Below are positions 1 to 17,777 of a DNA stretch of 55,556 nucleotides, in pieces. Positions within the stretch are counted from its first letter, which is position 1; each line of letters begins with the position of its first letter. The stretch comes from Prorocentrum cordatum (Eukaryota): the NCBI GenBank assembly GCA_963575745.1, contig CAUYUJ010000152.1, positions 62,001 through 117,556 on the forward strand. The letters are read 5' to 3'. The notes under the pieces were generated by a model. The model was not told the origin of the DNA. It was given only the letters and a program-made list of their open reading frames with translations, and did no database searches. The position numbers were made by a program, and so were the translations under genes.

Positions 1-104
1 GTAGGAGTAGTCGAAGTAGTAGTAGTAGTAGTGGTAGTAGTAGTAGTAGTAGTCGTAGTAATAGCAGTAGTAGTAGTAGCGATAGTAGTAGTAGCAGCAA
101 CAGC

Positions 105-136
<32 letters not shown>

Positions 137-270
137 AAGTAGTCGTAGTAGTAGTAGTAGTAGTAGTAGTAGTCTTACTAGTAGTAGTAGTAGTTGTAGT
201 AGTAGTAGTCGTAGTAGTAGTCGTAGTAGTATTCGTAGTAGCAATAGTATTCGTAGTAGTAGCAGTAGTC

Positions 271-311
<41 letters not shown>

Positions 312-402
312 CGTAGAAGTAGTAGTCGTAGTTTTAGCAATAGTAGCAGTAGTAGTAGTCGAAGTAGTAGTAGTAGTAGTAGTCGTAATAGTAGTAGTAG
401 TC

Positions 403-437
<35 letters not shown>

Positions 438-651
438 CGTAGTAGTAGCAGTAGTAGTAGTGGTAGTAGTAGCGATAGTAGTAGTAGTAGTAATGGTAGT
501 AATCGTATTCGTAGGAGTAGTAGTAGTAGTAGTAGTAGTGGCAGTAGTAGCAGTAGTAGTAGTAGTAGTAGTAGTCGTAGTAGTAGTAGTAGTCGTAAAA
601 TTAGTAGTAGTCGTAGTAGTAGTAGTAGTGGTAGTAGTAGTAGTAGTAGTC

Positions 652-698
<47 letters not shown>

Positions 699-900
699 CG
701 TGGTGCGTAGTAGTCTTAATAGTAGTAGTAGTAGTAGTGGTAGTAGTAGTAGGTAGAAATGATAGTGGTAGTGGTGGTGGTAGTAGTAGTAGTGGTGGTA
801 GTAGTTGCAGTCGTAGTCGTAGTCGTAGGAGTAGTCGAAGTAGTAGTAGCAACAGTAGTAGTAGTAGTAGTCGTAATAGTAGTAGTAGTCGTAGTAGTAG

Positions 901-937
<37 letters not shown>

Positions 938-1200
938 AGTAGTAGTACGTAGTAGTGTCGTCGTCGTAGTAGTAGTAGTAGTAGTTATGAATAGTATTCT
1001 TAGTCGTAGTAGCTGGCAGAGTAGTCGGTGGTTAGATAGTCGCGATAGTAGTAGTAGCAGCAAACCGCAGCGTAGTAGTAGTAGTAGTAGTACTAGTAGT
1101 AGTAAAATAGTGTAGTAGGAGTAGTAGTAGTCGTGTAGTAGTCGTAGCGTAGTAGTAGTAGTGTAGTAGTAGTAGTAGTAGTAGTACTCGTAGTATAGTG

Positions 1201-1233
<33 letters not shown>

Positions 1234-1461
1234 TAGCAGTAGTTAGTAGTAGTAGTAGTAGTAGTAGTAGCGATAGTAGTAGTAGCAGCAGAGTAAGTAG
1301 CAGTAGTAGAGTAGTAGTAGTAGGGTAGTAGTAGTAGTAGTCAGTAGGAGTAGTCGTAATCGTAGTAGTATTAGCGTAGTAGTAGTAGTATAGTAGTGAG
1401 TAGTAGTTGTAGTAGTTAGTAGTAGTAGTTAATAGTAGTTAGTAGTAGTAGTAGTAGTAGT

Positions 1462-1494
<33 letters not shown>

Positions 1495-1524
1495 GTAGTA
1501 GTAATAATAGTAGTGCTAGAAGAA

Positions 1525-1568
<44 letters not shown>

Positions 1569-1625
1569 CGTAGGAGTAGTAGTAGTAGTAGCAGTAGTAG
1601 TAGTCGTAGTCGTAGTCGTAGTAGT
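1..1625. repeat. degenerate (GTA)n/(TAG)n microsatellite field
   Basis: Near-continuous GTA units with GTC/GCA variants; explains the poly-V/S/T/Y/L ORFs. Confidence 0.97.
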
Positions 1626-1965
1626 AAAATCCGCCGGCCCCCTTGTGGGGCCACCAGGCTGTAGGCACGTGATTCGCAGTTTCCTGTACCAGTCGTAGGT
1701 TGTAGTTTCCAGTGTTACAGTTCTGCTTCTTGCTGGTTACTGTAACTAGTTGACTTCTTGCTGGTTGCTGTAACTAGTTGATTGACCGCGCGAGGGGGGG
1801 GGAGGCCCAAACAAGATTTTTAGCCTCACCTGGGCGCGTTGTCTGAATTGCTGAGGGGGCTCGAAATCGCCACCCCTCACGCAGATCCGCGGGGTCAGGG
1901 TCCAACAACACAAGGGATTTGCCACATTTCTGCAATTCGGTGCCACCCCTCACGCAGATCCGCGG

Positions 1966-2065
1966 NNNNNNNNNNNNNNNNNNNNNNNNNNNNNNNNNNN
2001 NNNNNNNNNNNNNNNNNNNNNNNNNNNNNNNNNNNNNNNNNNNNNNNNNNNNNNNNNNNNNNNNN
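1966..2065. other. assembly gap (100 N)
   Basis: Exactly 100 N, typical scaffolding spacer. Confidence 0.99.
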
Positions 2066-2491
2066 CAGTAGCAGCCGTAATCGTCTGCTCCTCCTCTTCC
2101 TCTTCAAGGCGCTATCCTGTTTGACTCGTCGTCGCCGTCGCCGGTGCGTTTGGCCCCCTTTCCCTGGGCCCGTCGCCGCTCCCCCTTTCTACTTGGCCCT
2201 CCTCGAGCGAGGCAGCCAACGCGGAACCAAAGCGAAATTGAGCAACGTCGTACTTGAGTCGTAGGGAAATCCCCTCCCTTTGATCCTGTTCACCCCCGGG
2301 GGGGTAAGAGGGGGAGTCGGGTCCTGGGGGGGGTCCTGGGGCGGGTCGCGTGTCAGAATGCGATCCCCGCCAGGGATCGCGGGACCCCAAGCCCGAGAGC
2401 CCCAAAGACGTCCCAAGAGGGCCTCCTCTTCCTCCTCCTCATCCTCCTCCTCCTTCTCCTCCTCCATTTCTTTTCCTTATAAATAACTTTT

Positions 2492-3090
2492 TCCCTGTCG
2501 CACCCCGAGGCCTGTTTTTAGGGCGGGCCGGGCGTTTCGCATGAGACTACTTCTTCACCATTTCTGATTCTGAAGCTGGAAAAGTGGCAACAGTTTCACA
2601 GATGGAGGGCGGGTGGTTTTCAAAATGCGGCTCTCGCCTCAGCGCGGCGCACATTCGTTTTAAACATTTGTTAGAGCTTCACGGATTGAGGGCGGCTCCT
2701 TTTCAAAATGTGGTTCTCGCCTTAGCGCGGCGCACATTCGTTAAAAAAATCAAGGGTTCCACGGATTCCCATCATCAACGTACCAGGCATGATGTTTTGG
2801 ATAGATTCAGGATTATGCGGGTGCAACAGTTACGTTGCTTCTTTGTGTTGAAGTCCTAAGAATGGTGTTCTGGCACGATTCAGGATCGTCAAGACGCAAC
2901 AGTCAGGTTGATCCCTGGCTTGGAATCCCGAGGGCAATGTTTTGGCATGTTGCAGGGTCTTCAAACGGGTAACTCCCAACGAGGCACTTCCATCAATGGA
3001 AATGAACCGTTGTAGGGGCCTGTGAAGAGGGAGCTTGGAGGGAGGATTCCTCCAACATCGTTGATGACTCTTGGGTTTACACTGGTCCTC
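2492..3090 (+). repeat. dispersed repeat family A, copy 1 (internal ~83-bp subrepeat x2, CCT-rich tail)
   Basis: Colinear with the reverse complement of 45080-45770 (CCCTGTCGCACCCCG...TTTTTAGGGCGGGC...CCAACATCGTTGATGACTCTTGGGTTTACA). Partial third copy at about 52370-52592. Confidence 0.9.
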
Positions 3091-3674
3091 CTCCTCCTCC
3101 TCCTTCTTCTCCTCAGCGAAAACGGCGGCCAAGTCCTCCTCCTCCTCTTCCTCTTCTTCCTCCTGTCCCTCATCATGCTCCTCTTCCTCCTCTTCCACCT
3201 CCTTTCCCTCCTCCTCCTCCTCCTCCTCCTCCTCCTCCCTCTCCTCCTCCTCCTCCTCCTCCTCCTCCTCCTCCTCCTCAGCGAAAACGGCGGCCAAGTC
3301 CTTCGCGTGCGCGGCCGCGCCCCCGCCAGCGTCGACCGCTTTGTTGCCGTCCTCGGAGGCGGGCGCGTCCACCACGGCGGGGGCTGACTGTGTGGAGTCG
3401 ACCTCCGCGCCGCGGGTGGGCGGGCGGGGGAGGGGAGGAGGCGGGGAGAAAAGGGAGGAGAGGGGAAGGAAAGGGGGGGGGGAGGAGGGGGGAGGGAAAA
3501 GCTAGGTGCGCTCGCGTCATATCTGACGTCCTACCCCTCCCTCCCATCCCTTACCATGGCGCTGATTTTCTCTATCCGCGGACGCGTGTGGTAGCGGACC
3601 TGTGGCTCCGCGCGCGCGTGCGTAGTGGGTGGTGGTGCACGTGCGTGCGTGCGTGCGTGTGTGCGTGGTTGTCG

Positions 3675-3830
3675 TGGTGGTGGTGGTGGTGGTGGTGGTA
3701 GCGGTGGTGGTGGTGGTGGTGGTGGTGGTGATGGTGGTGGTGGTGGTGCTGGTGGTGGTGGTGGTGGTGCTGGTGGTGGTGGTGTTGGTACTTGTGCTGG
3801 TGGTGGTGGTGGTGGTGGTGGTGGTGATGG

Positions 3831-3861
<31 letters not shown>

Positions 3862-3960
3862 GGTGGTGTTGGTACTGGTGCTGGTGCTGGTGGTGGTTGT
3901 GGTGCTGGTGGTGGTGGTGGTGGTGCTGGTGGTGGTTGTGGTGGTGGTGGTGGTGGTGGT
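3675..3960. repeat. (GGT)n microsatellite
   Basis: Direct reading. Confidence 0.95.
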
Positions 3961-6276
3961 TGGTGCGGCGCGGTGGTGGCGGGCGGATGGGCGCGCGAGA
4001 AAGAGGCCCGCGCTGGGGCGAGAACGCCATCCTGAACGACGGAGGCCAAACACCGATCCGAAATGAGGCCCACGCTGCAGCGGGAGCACGATTCGGAACG
4101 ATTCGGGAGCAGAAATGAGGCCGGCGCCCCAACGAGAGCAGCATTTTGGGAAAAAATGACGCCGGCGCCTCAGCGAGAGTCGTTTCCCGGGATTTCCCGG
4201 GCATCCTGTGTAAAAAAACAGTACGCGGAGGGTGCGCGGCCATCACCCGGACGCCATCAGGGGAAGAGGGAGAGTATATTCATATTGAGTAATTGTAGAG
4301 GGGGGAGGGAGGCGGGGAGGGGGGAGGGGGGGGGGGGAGGGGGAGGGGGGGGATGGGGGAGGGGGAGGAAAGGGAGGGAGGAGAGGAAAGGGAGGAGGGG
4401 GGAGGGAGGAGAGAGGGACGAGGAGAGGGCCCAGGGGCGCGGAATTCCGATGGAATGGGGCTCGGACGGTCGGCCGAAGCGCCGCCTTGCCGCCGCGGCG
4501 GCTCCCCAAGCTGCTCATAGCTCGAGGCCGAAGGAGCGCGCGAGCACGCCGTGCCCGCGTGCGAGGAAGGACGACGGACCCGAGTACTGGTACTCGGCGG
4601 CGTCGCTCGGCTCCATCCCCATCGCGACGTCGACGGCGATGCAGCCTGGAGCGCCTCCACCGCGGCCTTGCGCCGCGCGAATCCCGGTCGTGCCCGCCGA
4701 ACCCGACTGCCCTGACGGCCTGGTCGAGGCCCTCAAGCAGCGCCGACGGCAACTCCACGCACTCCTGGACCTCAGGAGCTCCAGCGGACGGCACCTCGGG
4801 GCAGCCCATCGACCTAAGCCTCCGACGCCACGACACGGGCCTCGAACGACTCGCCAACCAGCACGTCGGTCTGGGCCTGGCGGGCGGCGCGCGCCGCGAC
4901 CACCCGCGAGGAGGCTTCCTGGTTGGCCCTGATCACGGGGCCGAGGCGCTGATGCAAGCCCAGCTCCTCCTCGCTCTCCGCCAAGCCCTTGCCGACGACC
5001 ACGACATCGTCCAGCAACCGCTCCCCGACGCTGAGGCCGTCCCCGGCCCTGGCCAGGAACACCTCGCTGGAGACAACAGCCTCCTGCTGCGGCGGCCCCG
5101 GCTGGTGTCCCGGCTGGCCCCGGCTCGCACGGAGCCGCCAGCTGCGCGGACGAAATCGTCCATGCAGGAGGGGCCCGCGGCGGCCCCGGCGGCGGCCCCG
5201 GCTGGCCCTCAACTGGCCCCCATCGCGTGCCGGCTCGCACGGAGGCGCCGGGTGCGCGGACGAAATCGTCGAGGAGAGGGGTGAGGAGGAGGGAGAGAAG
5301 GAGGAAGAGGAGGAGGAGGAGGAGGAGGAGGAGGAGGAGGAGGAGGAGGAGGAGGAGGAGGAGGAGGAGGATCTGATCAGATCAGACCACTTGCGAGCAT
5401 TGGTTTCGCGTCTGAAGCCCTGTGGGAAAAAAACGACTGCTCCTGTCAGCAGTCTTGTCATATGGGGTGGCTCTGTGTTGCGCCTTATAACGCCTACCAG
5501 CGGCTTCGCTGGGGAACTCCTCTGGCTTCAAGAGGGACGACCGTTGGGGGAAGCCTCTATAGGCCGTCCTCCAGAAGCAACTGTCCCCAGGCTAGCAATA
5601 GGAAGCGAGTCATGAAATCGCTATTCTACAAATATTTCCCTACTCCGTGGGATCGGGATTCGGGAGGGCAGAGGGGTCCAGGAGCAGGAAGGGCGAGGGG
5701 GAAGCAACGGAGGCGAGGGGGAGATCAGTGGCGAGGGGAACAAAAGGGACAGTATCAGTCTGGAGGAAAAACGAGGAATGAGGGAACGGGCAGCGAGGAG
5801 TGGGCGGAGTCGACCTCTGCCTAGGAGGTGGGGGAGGAGGGAAGAGGAATGGGGGAAAAGGGGGGGGGAAGGGGGGAGAGAGGAAAGGAGAGCGACGACG
5901 GCGACGACGACCCCAGGGGTCGCCCCTGGAGGGTTCTGGCTCTGGAGGCCCAAATCTTCGATCTTCGATCCTCGAGACTCAAGCCCTCGACGCTCGCGAT
6001 GTGAGGAACACGAGGAATCGATCCTCGAGCCCTCCACAAACGATGGCGGCGACAATGCCGCCGACCGGGCCGCCGAAAGGAGGGAGGGAGGGAGGGAGGC
6101 TTGGAGAAAGGGACGAAGGGAGGAGGACGAGGAGCAGGAGCAGGAGGAGGAGGAGGAGGAGCATAACGAAGGATGAAGAGAGGGAGGAGGAGGAGGAGGA
6201 GGAGGAGGAGAAGGAGGAGGGGGAGGAGGAGAAGGAGGAGGGGGAGGGGGGAGGAGGACGACAAGGAGGCGCATGA

Positions 6277-10725
<4,449 letters not shown>

Positions 10726-10968
10726 CAGGCGCGCGCGAAAGGTGGCGACATCGGCCGCGTCGAAAAACTAGACGGCGACTGGTTTTTGAATTCGACACAA
10801 ACCCGAGCGGCCTTAACGCGGGGCCCAACAGAAAATTCAGCGCGCGGACGGAGGCCCGCAGACGGGGGAGGATGGGGGCAAGGGAAGACAGGAAGAGGCA
10901 GGGCAGCGGAGCAAGGAGCCCTCGCGACGGCAAAGTTCGCGGCACGTACCCGACAGGCGCGCGGCACA

Positions 10969-11148
10969 CGAACCACACTGGGTAATCGGACAAGGCAGCC
11001 CTCTCGAACCACTCGTGGCGAACGACCCAGACGGCCCCCTCGAACCACTCGGGGCAGTCGACCCAGACGGCGCCAGCGAACCGCTCGCGGATCTCGACCT
11101 GGACAGCGCCCTCGAACCACGCGTGGTAATCGACCCAGACAACTATCC
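10969..11148. repeat. 36-bp minisatellite, 5 diverged units
   Basis: CGAACC unit starts at 10969, 11005, 11041, 11077 and 11113. Confidence 0.9.
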
Positions 11149-11149
11149 C

Positions 11150-14100
11150 TTCTGCTCGAGCACCTTCTGCCCTCCCAATTCATGATGACCAGCGGGGCGA
11201 GGCCCCGCCGACGCCAACTTCTCCGCGGACTCGATGGCGCCAGCGATGATCCGTTCGAACTTCTCATCCTTCAGCGCCACTGTGAGCCTCTTCTGTCGTG
11301 CATCTTCTCCGTTCGAAACAATCCCGCCACGTGCCGCGCCTCCACTGAACCAGGCTTGAACTTGTCAAGCTACTCTTGGCGAGGCCGCTTGTACTTGTCC
11401 TCGCGCGACTCGAGCACGGCAGGGAACGCGGCCGCCAACTGGAACAAAAAAAAAAAAGAAAAAACAGAACGCGGCCGCCAACTGAGACACATCTGGCGGA
11501 CAGAGACCGCGACCAGTCCGACCCCTAACCCTCGGAAGATGCTCCTCCGAGCGAGCCTTCGCCGTCGAGCGGTGGATTGCACCTTCGGCCAGCATTTCGA
11601 TCTCCGCCGTGCACGCCGCTGCCAAGAGCCTAGACTTCTGGTTCGCAACCACGCCCATCTTCAGCGGAAGGTCTAGCATCTGCCTGTCGCCAGCGACCTC
11701 CGCCCGCCGATGCTTCGCTCCGCGACCTCGAGGCTCAGCAACTGCATCGCCGGGCCCGGCAGATGTGAACTGGCCCGCCCACGCGGCCATCTGAGGGCCC
11801 GACGCGCGGCGAGGAACGCGTAAGTGACCGAAGCCTCGAGGTCAGGACGAGCACCGCGAAACAACTGGAGCTACAACAAACGACGAATTCATGCATGCCC
11901 GCGCCCTCGTGCGGTCACGGTGGCAACTGCACGATCATGTGGGCCCTTGCCACACCGTAGGCAACAAACTCCTTCTCGCGCAGTTCGCATCGATGGGGGG
12001 GCCCACGACGCGGTGATGCTCTGTTGCCGACTTTCTCGGCTTCGGGCATTTTCCACGTTTTAGACCTTAGTCGTGAATTTCCGACGCAAGCCGCTCCGGA
12101 AAATAGAAATTGTTACACCACATGCATTTGTTTGATGCAGTGGGTAATTTGGCGAGTTGCTTTTGTCCATGTCCGTCTGCTTGTGAGTTAGGCTGGCGCA
12201 GGAGATGCTGGCGACGGGTCTCGAAGCCAAGCCCGCGCTCGGGGGCGTCGCGCGAGCGCGGTGCGGGGGCCTGATCTTCAGACGGCTCTGGAAGCAAAAC
12301 AAGCCGAGCCGAGCGCCGAGGTCCGTTCTCCGGTCGCCCTTCTCCGCTTGAACGCAAACCTCGTCTCCCGCCGCGCCCCCCCCCCCCCCCCGCACACACG
12401 CCCACCCACCCATGAAGTGCACCTCCCCCGCCTCCGCCCCCCGCCGAGGTAGCTTGATCCACGGCCCCCTCCTCCTCCTCGATAAGGAACTTGTGTATCT
12501 CCTCATGCGTGCGTAGTCCTCCCCCTTAACCTTCTTAAGGTCATCAATGGGCGCGTTGAGCGTAACCTCTCGTGCCTCGGCTTCGAAAATCAAACGCTCG
12601 ACGCGCAGCTAGCCTCGGGCGAGCGATGGCCGGGCTGTCCGCGCAGGCCGCGACCAGCTGATCCGCTGGGCCCTCAGCGACCGAGGCGGCCCCCCCAGTC
12701 CGAGCAGATGCCTGACTGCCGCGCTGGGCACAGCAACGCAGTGCCGGGCGCGGATGTCCGTCGCTTCAACCTTCAGGCACCCCATCCTCGACGAGCGCGT
12801 CGAGCAAGTTTGGCCCGCGCGCTCTCTTGCCTCTGCAACTCCGCCCTGCAAGCGGGAAAGCGGCCAGCCCAGTACGGGGCGAGGCCTCGACCATACGCTG
12901 AAACATGGCGCCCCTTAACCTCTCGCTGGCGACGGCGCCCCAGAGGCCCCCGAGCGCCGAGAAGGCCCGTCTAGCGCGTTGGGTTCTGTAATCGACCTCG
13001 GGTTTCGATGTTCCTCGGCAGTGGAGCTTTCCTCCGAAGTATTTGGCCGCTCTGTGCACCGCGCCCTCCATCATATCCGCGTCCCTGTGCAACTTCCCCG
13101 CCCCGTGCTGCGAGCCCCCCCTTCCAGCTGCGCCGAAGAAACTTGATTGCCCCCGTGCAGGGCCGCGCCCTCCTCCCAGAGCCCCGCGCCCAGATGCGGA
13201 AACTGGGCCAGAGCGCGCGACCTACAGCCCGCCGCGCACCCCGCTGCCGACGTTCACGCGATGTCGCCCGGGGAGCTCGAGACGGACGCGTCGAACAGAA
13301 AACGAATGATCAACCTGATATAAACGCAGCCTTGTTCCCCCCGGCGGAGCACTGCAATGTCTTGGCAATGATAACTGCGCCTTTATGCCCTGGGCGCCTG
13401 AGCCCCCGCAGCGATCAATCGCCGCGTTGCGCGCCCCCAGGGGCCAGATGCTAGCCGCCGCGCGCCCCTGGTGGCGCGCCCTGGCCGATCCCCGCGTGCA
13501 AATCTCCGTCGACGCCTTCGATCGCGACCTGCGCGAGGTCCAGTCTCTGGCAGGGCACGGCGGCCCCGAACTCATTGCAGCGGTCCGACACATAGTCCTT
13601 CAATTTGCAGCGATGAATGCCATGGAAGGCGCTTGTCGCATCGCACGGCGTCGTGAGACGACCAATCCTGGAGCCGCGCAGCCTGGCAGCGCAGGCAATC
13701 TGACTCGGCGCGCCCCCCCCCCGCGAAGGTAGCCGAAAGCGAATGGCCTGTCGTCGTCAGAGGTGGGCCGCGGGAACTGGCGCCAGAGCCGGGCATTGTA
13801 AACCCTGCCAAACAGGATGAGCGAATTCTCGAACCCCTGGCCTTTGCACTCGCTCATGCCGTTCTGCTTGTCGAGCCTGAACGCTTTACTCCGATGCCAG
13901 AGCAGCGGGGCCTCCGCGCGCCAGCGAATGGCGATGCAAATCCGCGCGGTGCATCTCGTGATGCAAGGAAAAACTACTCCTGGATATCCTCGTATCGTTC
14001 GAGGACCTCGCCCCTCGAATACTTAGATTCGCCGGGGTTCATCGGCAGTCTCCGCGCCCCGACAGGGAAGGGCCGCGCAGGCGGAGTGCTGCGAAGACGC

Positions 14101-15320
14101 GCCAACGTCATCTGTCTGCCAATTCGGATCACGCCCTCGTTCGCCTGATCCATGATCTCGACAGCGAGGGCGGCCCGCGTCGGGCGGGCCGGCGCGCGCG
14201 CTCTCTCCTGCTCATGCAGTGGGGGCTTCGCTGCAGATCCTCCTGGGTGACCCTGCGGGGTCGGGAAGTCCTTCCAAGTACTCATCTCGAGACGCGTCCT
14301 GGGCACGCAAAGGCTTCGTTTCTTCGGCCCTACACAGTTGCTGGCGAGCAGTCTAGAGGGCTTCCAGCACAGCGCCGTGTCTCCATCTGTCCTGGCGGTC
14401 TCGTGCTCGCTGGCCAACGGGCCCGTTCTCCTCGCGCGATCTCTTCGCGCGAGGAGGCGAACTCTCTCGCCGCGCTGCTTGCAACTCGCGACGACGCCCG
14501 CGAGGCAGGCGCTGGGTTCGCACACCTCGCAGCCGGAGCTGGGGGCGCATCGCATTCTGCCCAGAAGCTGTAAAATTTAAGGACCGCGCATCCGGGCCCT
14601 GGAGAGAAAGGGCGGCAACCAGCAGACAAGGGGGAACGGGGGGAGGGAGTCGACTTGGACACAGCGAAGGCCTCTGAAAGTCCCCCGAACTTTAACTCTC
14701 TCCTGCGCAGCTGCTGCAGAGTCGGGCGGTTTGCCCTCTACTCTCGGCTTACTCTTAAAGGGGCCGCGCGCAATATTTTGCACAGCTGCGTGCGCTGATT
14801 CGTGCGCGCGGTCTGAACTCTGCTCGCTAAGCGCCTGCACTTGCGAACGTCCTGCTTCGAGCGCTCGCTCGACTCTGTTAAAAGGCTCTTCCGACCCCCC
14901 GCCGAGCCCCGCCGGCCTCGATATCTCATCGTGGTCCCGAGTTACGGGGCGCCTGCTTGCTTAATTCCAAGCTGGGGCCAGCGGAGAAACGCAACGCCGG
15001 GGGGTAATGACCTCCCCTGGTACGAACGTTGATTCGCTGAAGCTTCTCCCCCGCTGCGTTCCAAACCTCGCGCGGCTAAATCGCGCTTCGAACAACAGCT
15101 GGGGCGCGCCCGTAGTTTATCCTAGAAGCGTGCTGGCCCGACCCATGGTAATGGGTGGTGTCTGTTTCGGCAAAGGTGTTCCGCGCCACAAGCTCATGAC
15201 GCTCTACAAGATCCATCATGCTATCTCGGTTGAAAATATCCTCCCCTTCCTCGCATCCACCAACGTGTTTCGATCCCAATCCCCCGCGGAACTTCGCATT
15301 CGCGCCCATCATCACAATCG
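11150..15320 (-). pseudogene. decayed non-LTR retrotransposon ORF2 (endonuclease C-terminus to post-RT region)
   Basis: Fragments in the expected order: HELVARNTF...THYHG...SRINY (~15100-15200, AP-endonuclease end), QGFENSLILF (~13830, RT motif B-like), KYFGG...YRTQRARRAFSALGGLW (~13000, KYLG/thumb-like). Many frameshifts; ends approximate. Confidence 0.7.
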
Positions 15321-15819
15321 GAATGGTCCTGTCATCTTCACCAGCCCCATCATCATCGGAATCATCACCATCATCGTCAGCATCATCACCATCATCACCA
15401 TCAGCATCACTTGCAGCAGCATCAACAGCACCAGCAGCATCATCATCCCCACATCATCAGCATCATGGTCATCATCTTCGCCAGCAGTATCATCAACATT
15501 ACCATCATCGTCAGCATCGTCACCATCTTCCGCCTCATCATCACCATCAGCATCATCATCAGCATCATCATCATCCTCGTCATCACGCTCATTTGCAGCA
15601 ATAGCATTATCGTGATGCTCCTCCTTCGTCTCCTCTTCCTCCTCCTCGACCTCCTTCTCCTCGTCCTCCTCCCTCCGTTTTCTCCCACCCCTCCTCCCTC
15701 TAGCCCCCTCTGGCCTGAGAGAGCAGATTCGTGGGGCAACCAGAAGCCCCCAGAATGCCACTGCTGCGTTCTCGACACTCCCCCCCCCCCCTGGAGTGTA
15801 GCGCCCGGGCAGCACTGTC

Positions 15820-16260
15820 TGATGAAACGCCTGAGAGTTTGTTCGTGTACTGTGCTTTCGTTAAGGCAGGATGGCAGGTGGCTGGATATCGCCAAGCAGT
15901 TGAAAACATGTCAAGTGATTGGGTTGCAGGATACTCAGTGCTCACCTCATGGTCGCGGGCTCGTGTGTACGCAGGACAGACTGGCTCAATTCCACCGATT
16001 TCGTTGGCCTCGTGCGAGCGGTAATGCGGGCCGCCCGACAGGCCTGGCGCCGCTCCTGGATGCCAAGACCTTTCCGCGCCACACACACCATCCGCCACGT
16101 GTCGAATCCGACAGGCATGGAAGGCAGGCTAGGCGCCGTGAGATGCAGGGGGAAGCTGATTGATATGACCTTCATCGTGGGCTGCGCTCTGACCAAACCC
16201 CACGGCACTACTAAAGAGAAACGCCCAGGAGACCAAATGCAGAGTTATTTTGGAAAAACC
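15820..16260 (+). pseudogene. LINE AP-endonuclease N-terminal fragment
   Basis: LRVCSCTVLSL...CQVIGLQDTQ (xLQET-like), then GRLGAVR...DMTFIVG in a shifted frame. Bounded by CAT/CCT microsatellites. Confidence 0.6.
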
Positions 16261-16289
16261 TGAAGGGCGTTGAGGACACCATCCCCGTC

Positions 16290-16950
16290 GCACCATCACC
16301 ATCAGCATCATCATCATTATCATCAGTATCAGCATCAGCATCATCGTCATCAGCATCCTCCTCCTCCTCCTCCTCCTCATCATCATCACCATCATTCTCA
16401 TGCTGCTCCTCCTGATTATCCCCCTCCTCCTCCTCCTCCTCCTCACCATCATCCTCCCCCTCGTCCTCTTCATCCTCCTCCACCTCCTCCTCCTCATCCG
16501 CCTCATCACCCATCTCCTCATCAGCTTCCTCCCCTCTTCCTCTCCGTCCTCCTCCTCCGTCTCCGCCTCCTCAACAACATCACCCTCCCCATCAGCATCA
16601 CGATCATCATCAGCATCATCAGCTGCTGATGATAACGATGATGATGCTGATGCTGCTGGTGATGATGATGGTGATTCTAATGATGCGGATGATGATGGTA
16701 TGGTGCTGCTGTTGATGCTGATGCGTCTGATGATGGTGATGACGATGCTGATGCTGACGTTGACGTTGACGATGCTGATGCTGATGATGATGACGATGGT
16801 GATGCTGATAGTGCTGGTGCTGATGATGGTGCTGTTGTTGCTGATGATGATGGTGGTGATGGTGAGGAGGAGGAGGAATGTGAGGATGGGGGAGGCGGAG
16901 GATGAGGAGAAGGATGAGGAAGAGGAGGAAGATAACGAGGTGGCGGAGGG
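16290..16950. repeat. (CAT/CCT)n tract abutting a (GAT/GAG)n tract of opposite polarity
   Basis: Strand switch at ATCAGCTGCTGAT, about 16618-16630. Confidence 0.9.
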
Positions 16951-17165
16951 ACGATGATAGAAGGCCACGCACCTGTATAAGTACAGACTGGCGGAGGTCC
17001 GCGCACATTTCTCGGGTCGGCGCCGGGTCCCCTTCCTCGGCGCGCGCAGCGCGCCCGCGGGAACGCACGCCAATCCACGACATCCGCGCGGAACTCCGAT
17101 TTATGCAGTTGCTCCTTCTTTTTTGTTTTCTTAGGGGGAAAACAAACCGACCTCGCTTTTGACCA

Positions 17166-17295
17166 CCCTCGCTTCCAAGAGATACCAAACGATGCCAAAT
17201 TGCAGCCTGTACTGGTCAGGCCGCTTGACGAGGAGGCGCGTGGTATGACTTGGTTTTGTCTGGAAGCGAACGCGGGGGAGGTAATTCACGCTCTG
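17166..17295 (+). repeat. 130-bp dispersed repeat family B, copy 1
   Basis: Ungapped match to 25373-25502, 9 mismatches by hand count. Confidence 0.95.
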
Positions 17296-17777
17296 ATTTC
17301 TTCTTCTTATTCTTCCTCTTGTGCGTCTTCTTTGAGAGGAGGGGGGGGGGGAAGGGATGCTGTGGGCGTTTCGGCCAAGCACGACGAGCAGAGGAGAGGA
17401 GGGGGGAAAGAGACGGCAAGCAAGTGTCGAACCCACAGTGCCTCCAGCCGAGGCTGGAAAGCACCTCCGTCTATGGACACCCTCCGGATGGGGAGGAAAA
17501 GCCGCCGTCGGCTGGGAAGGCGACGAGAAGAAGGAGGGTGGAGGAGGGGGGGCGGATGAGGGAGGAGGAGGAGGAGGAGGAGGAGGAGGAGGAGGAGCGT
17601 CCAGGAGGGAGGGCGGAAGAGGAAAAGGGCTGAGGAGGAGGGGGGGGCGGAGGAGAAGGAGGAGGAGAAGGAAGGGGAGGAAGAGGAGGAGGAGGAGGAG
17701 GAGGAGGAGGAGGAGGAGTTACGGAGTTACGGATATTGCGACCATGTCGGTTACTAATAAGGACCCAAACAGCAAAC

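Noticed and set aside
4440..5280. GC-rich overlapping ORFs of 200-290 aa
   Set aside because: Open in many frames with no recognisable motif; may be a decayed element ORF but cannot be supported.
10969..11148. CRISPR array
   Set aside because: Contiguous tandem units without spacers; no cas genes; eukaryotic context.
17215..17275. Hammerhead ribozyme (TTGACGAG ... GAA)
   Set aside because: The core is not CUGANGA, and I could not build stem II-GAAA-stem III in both copies.
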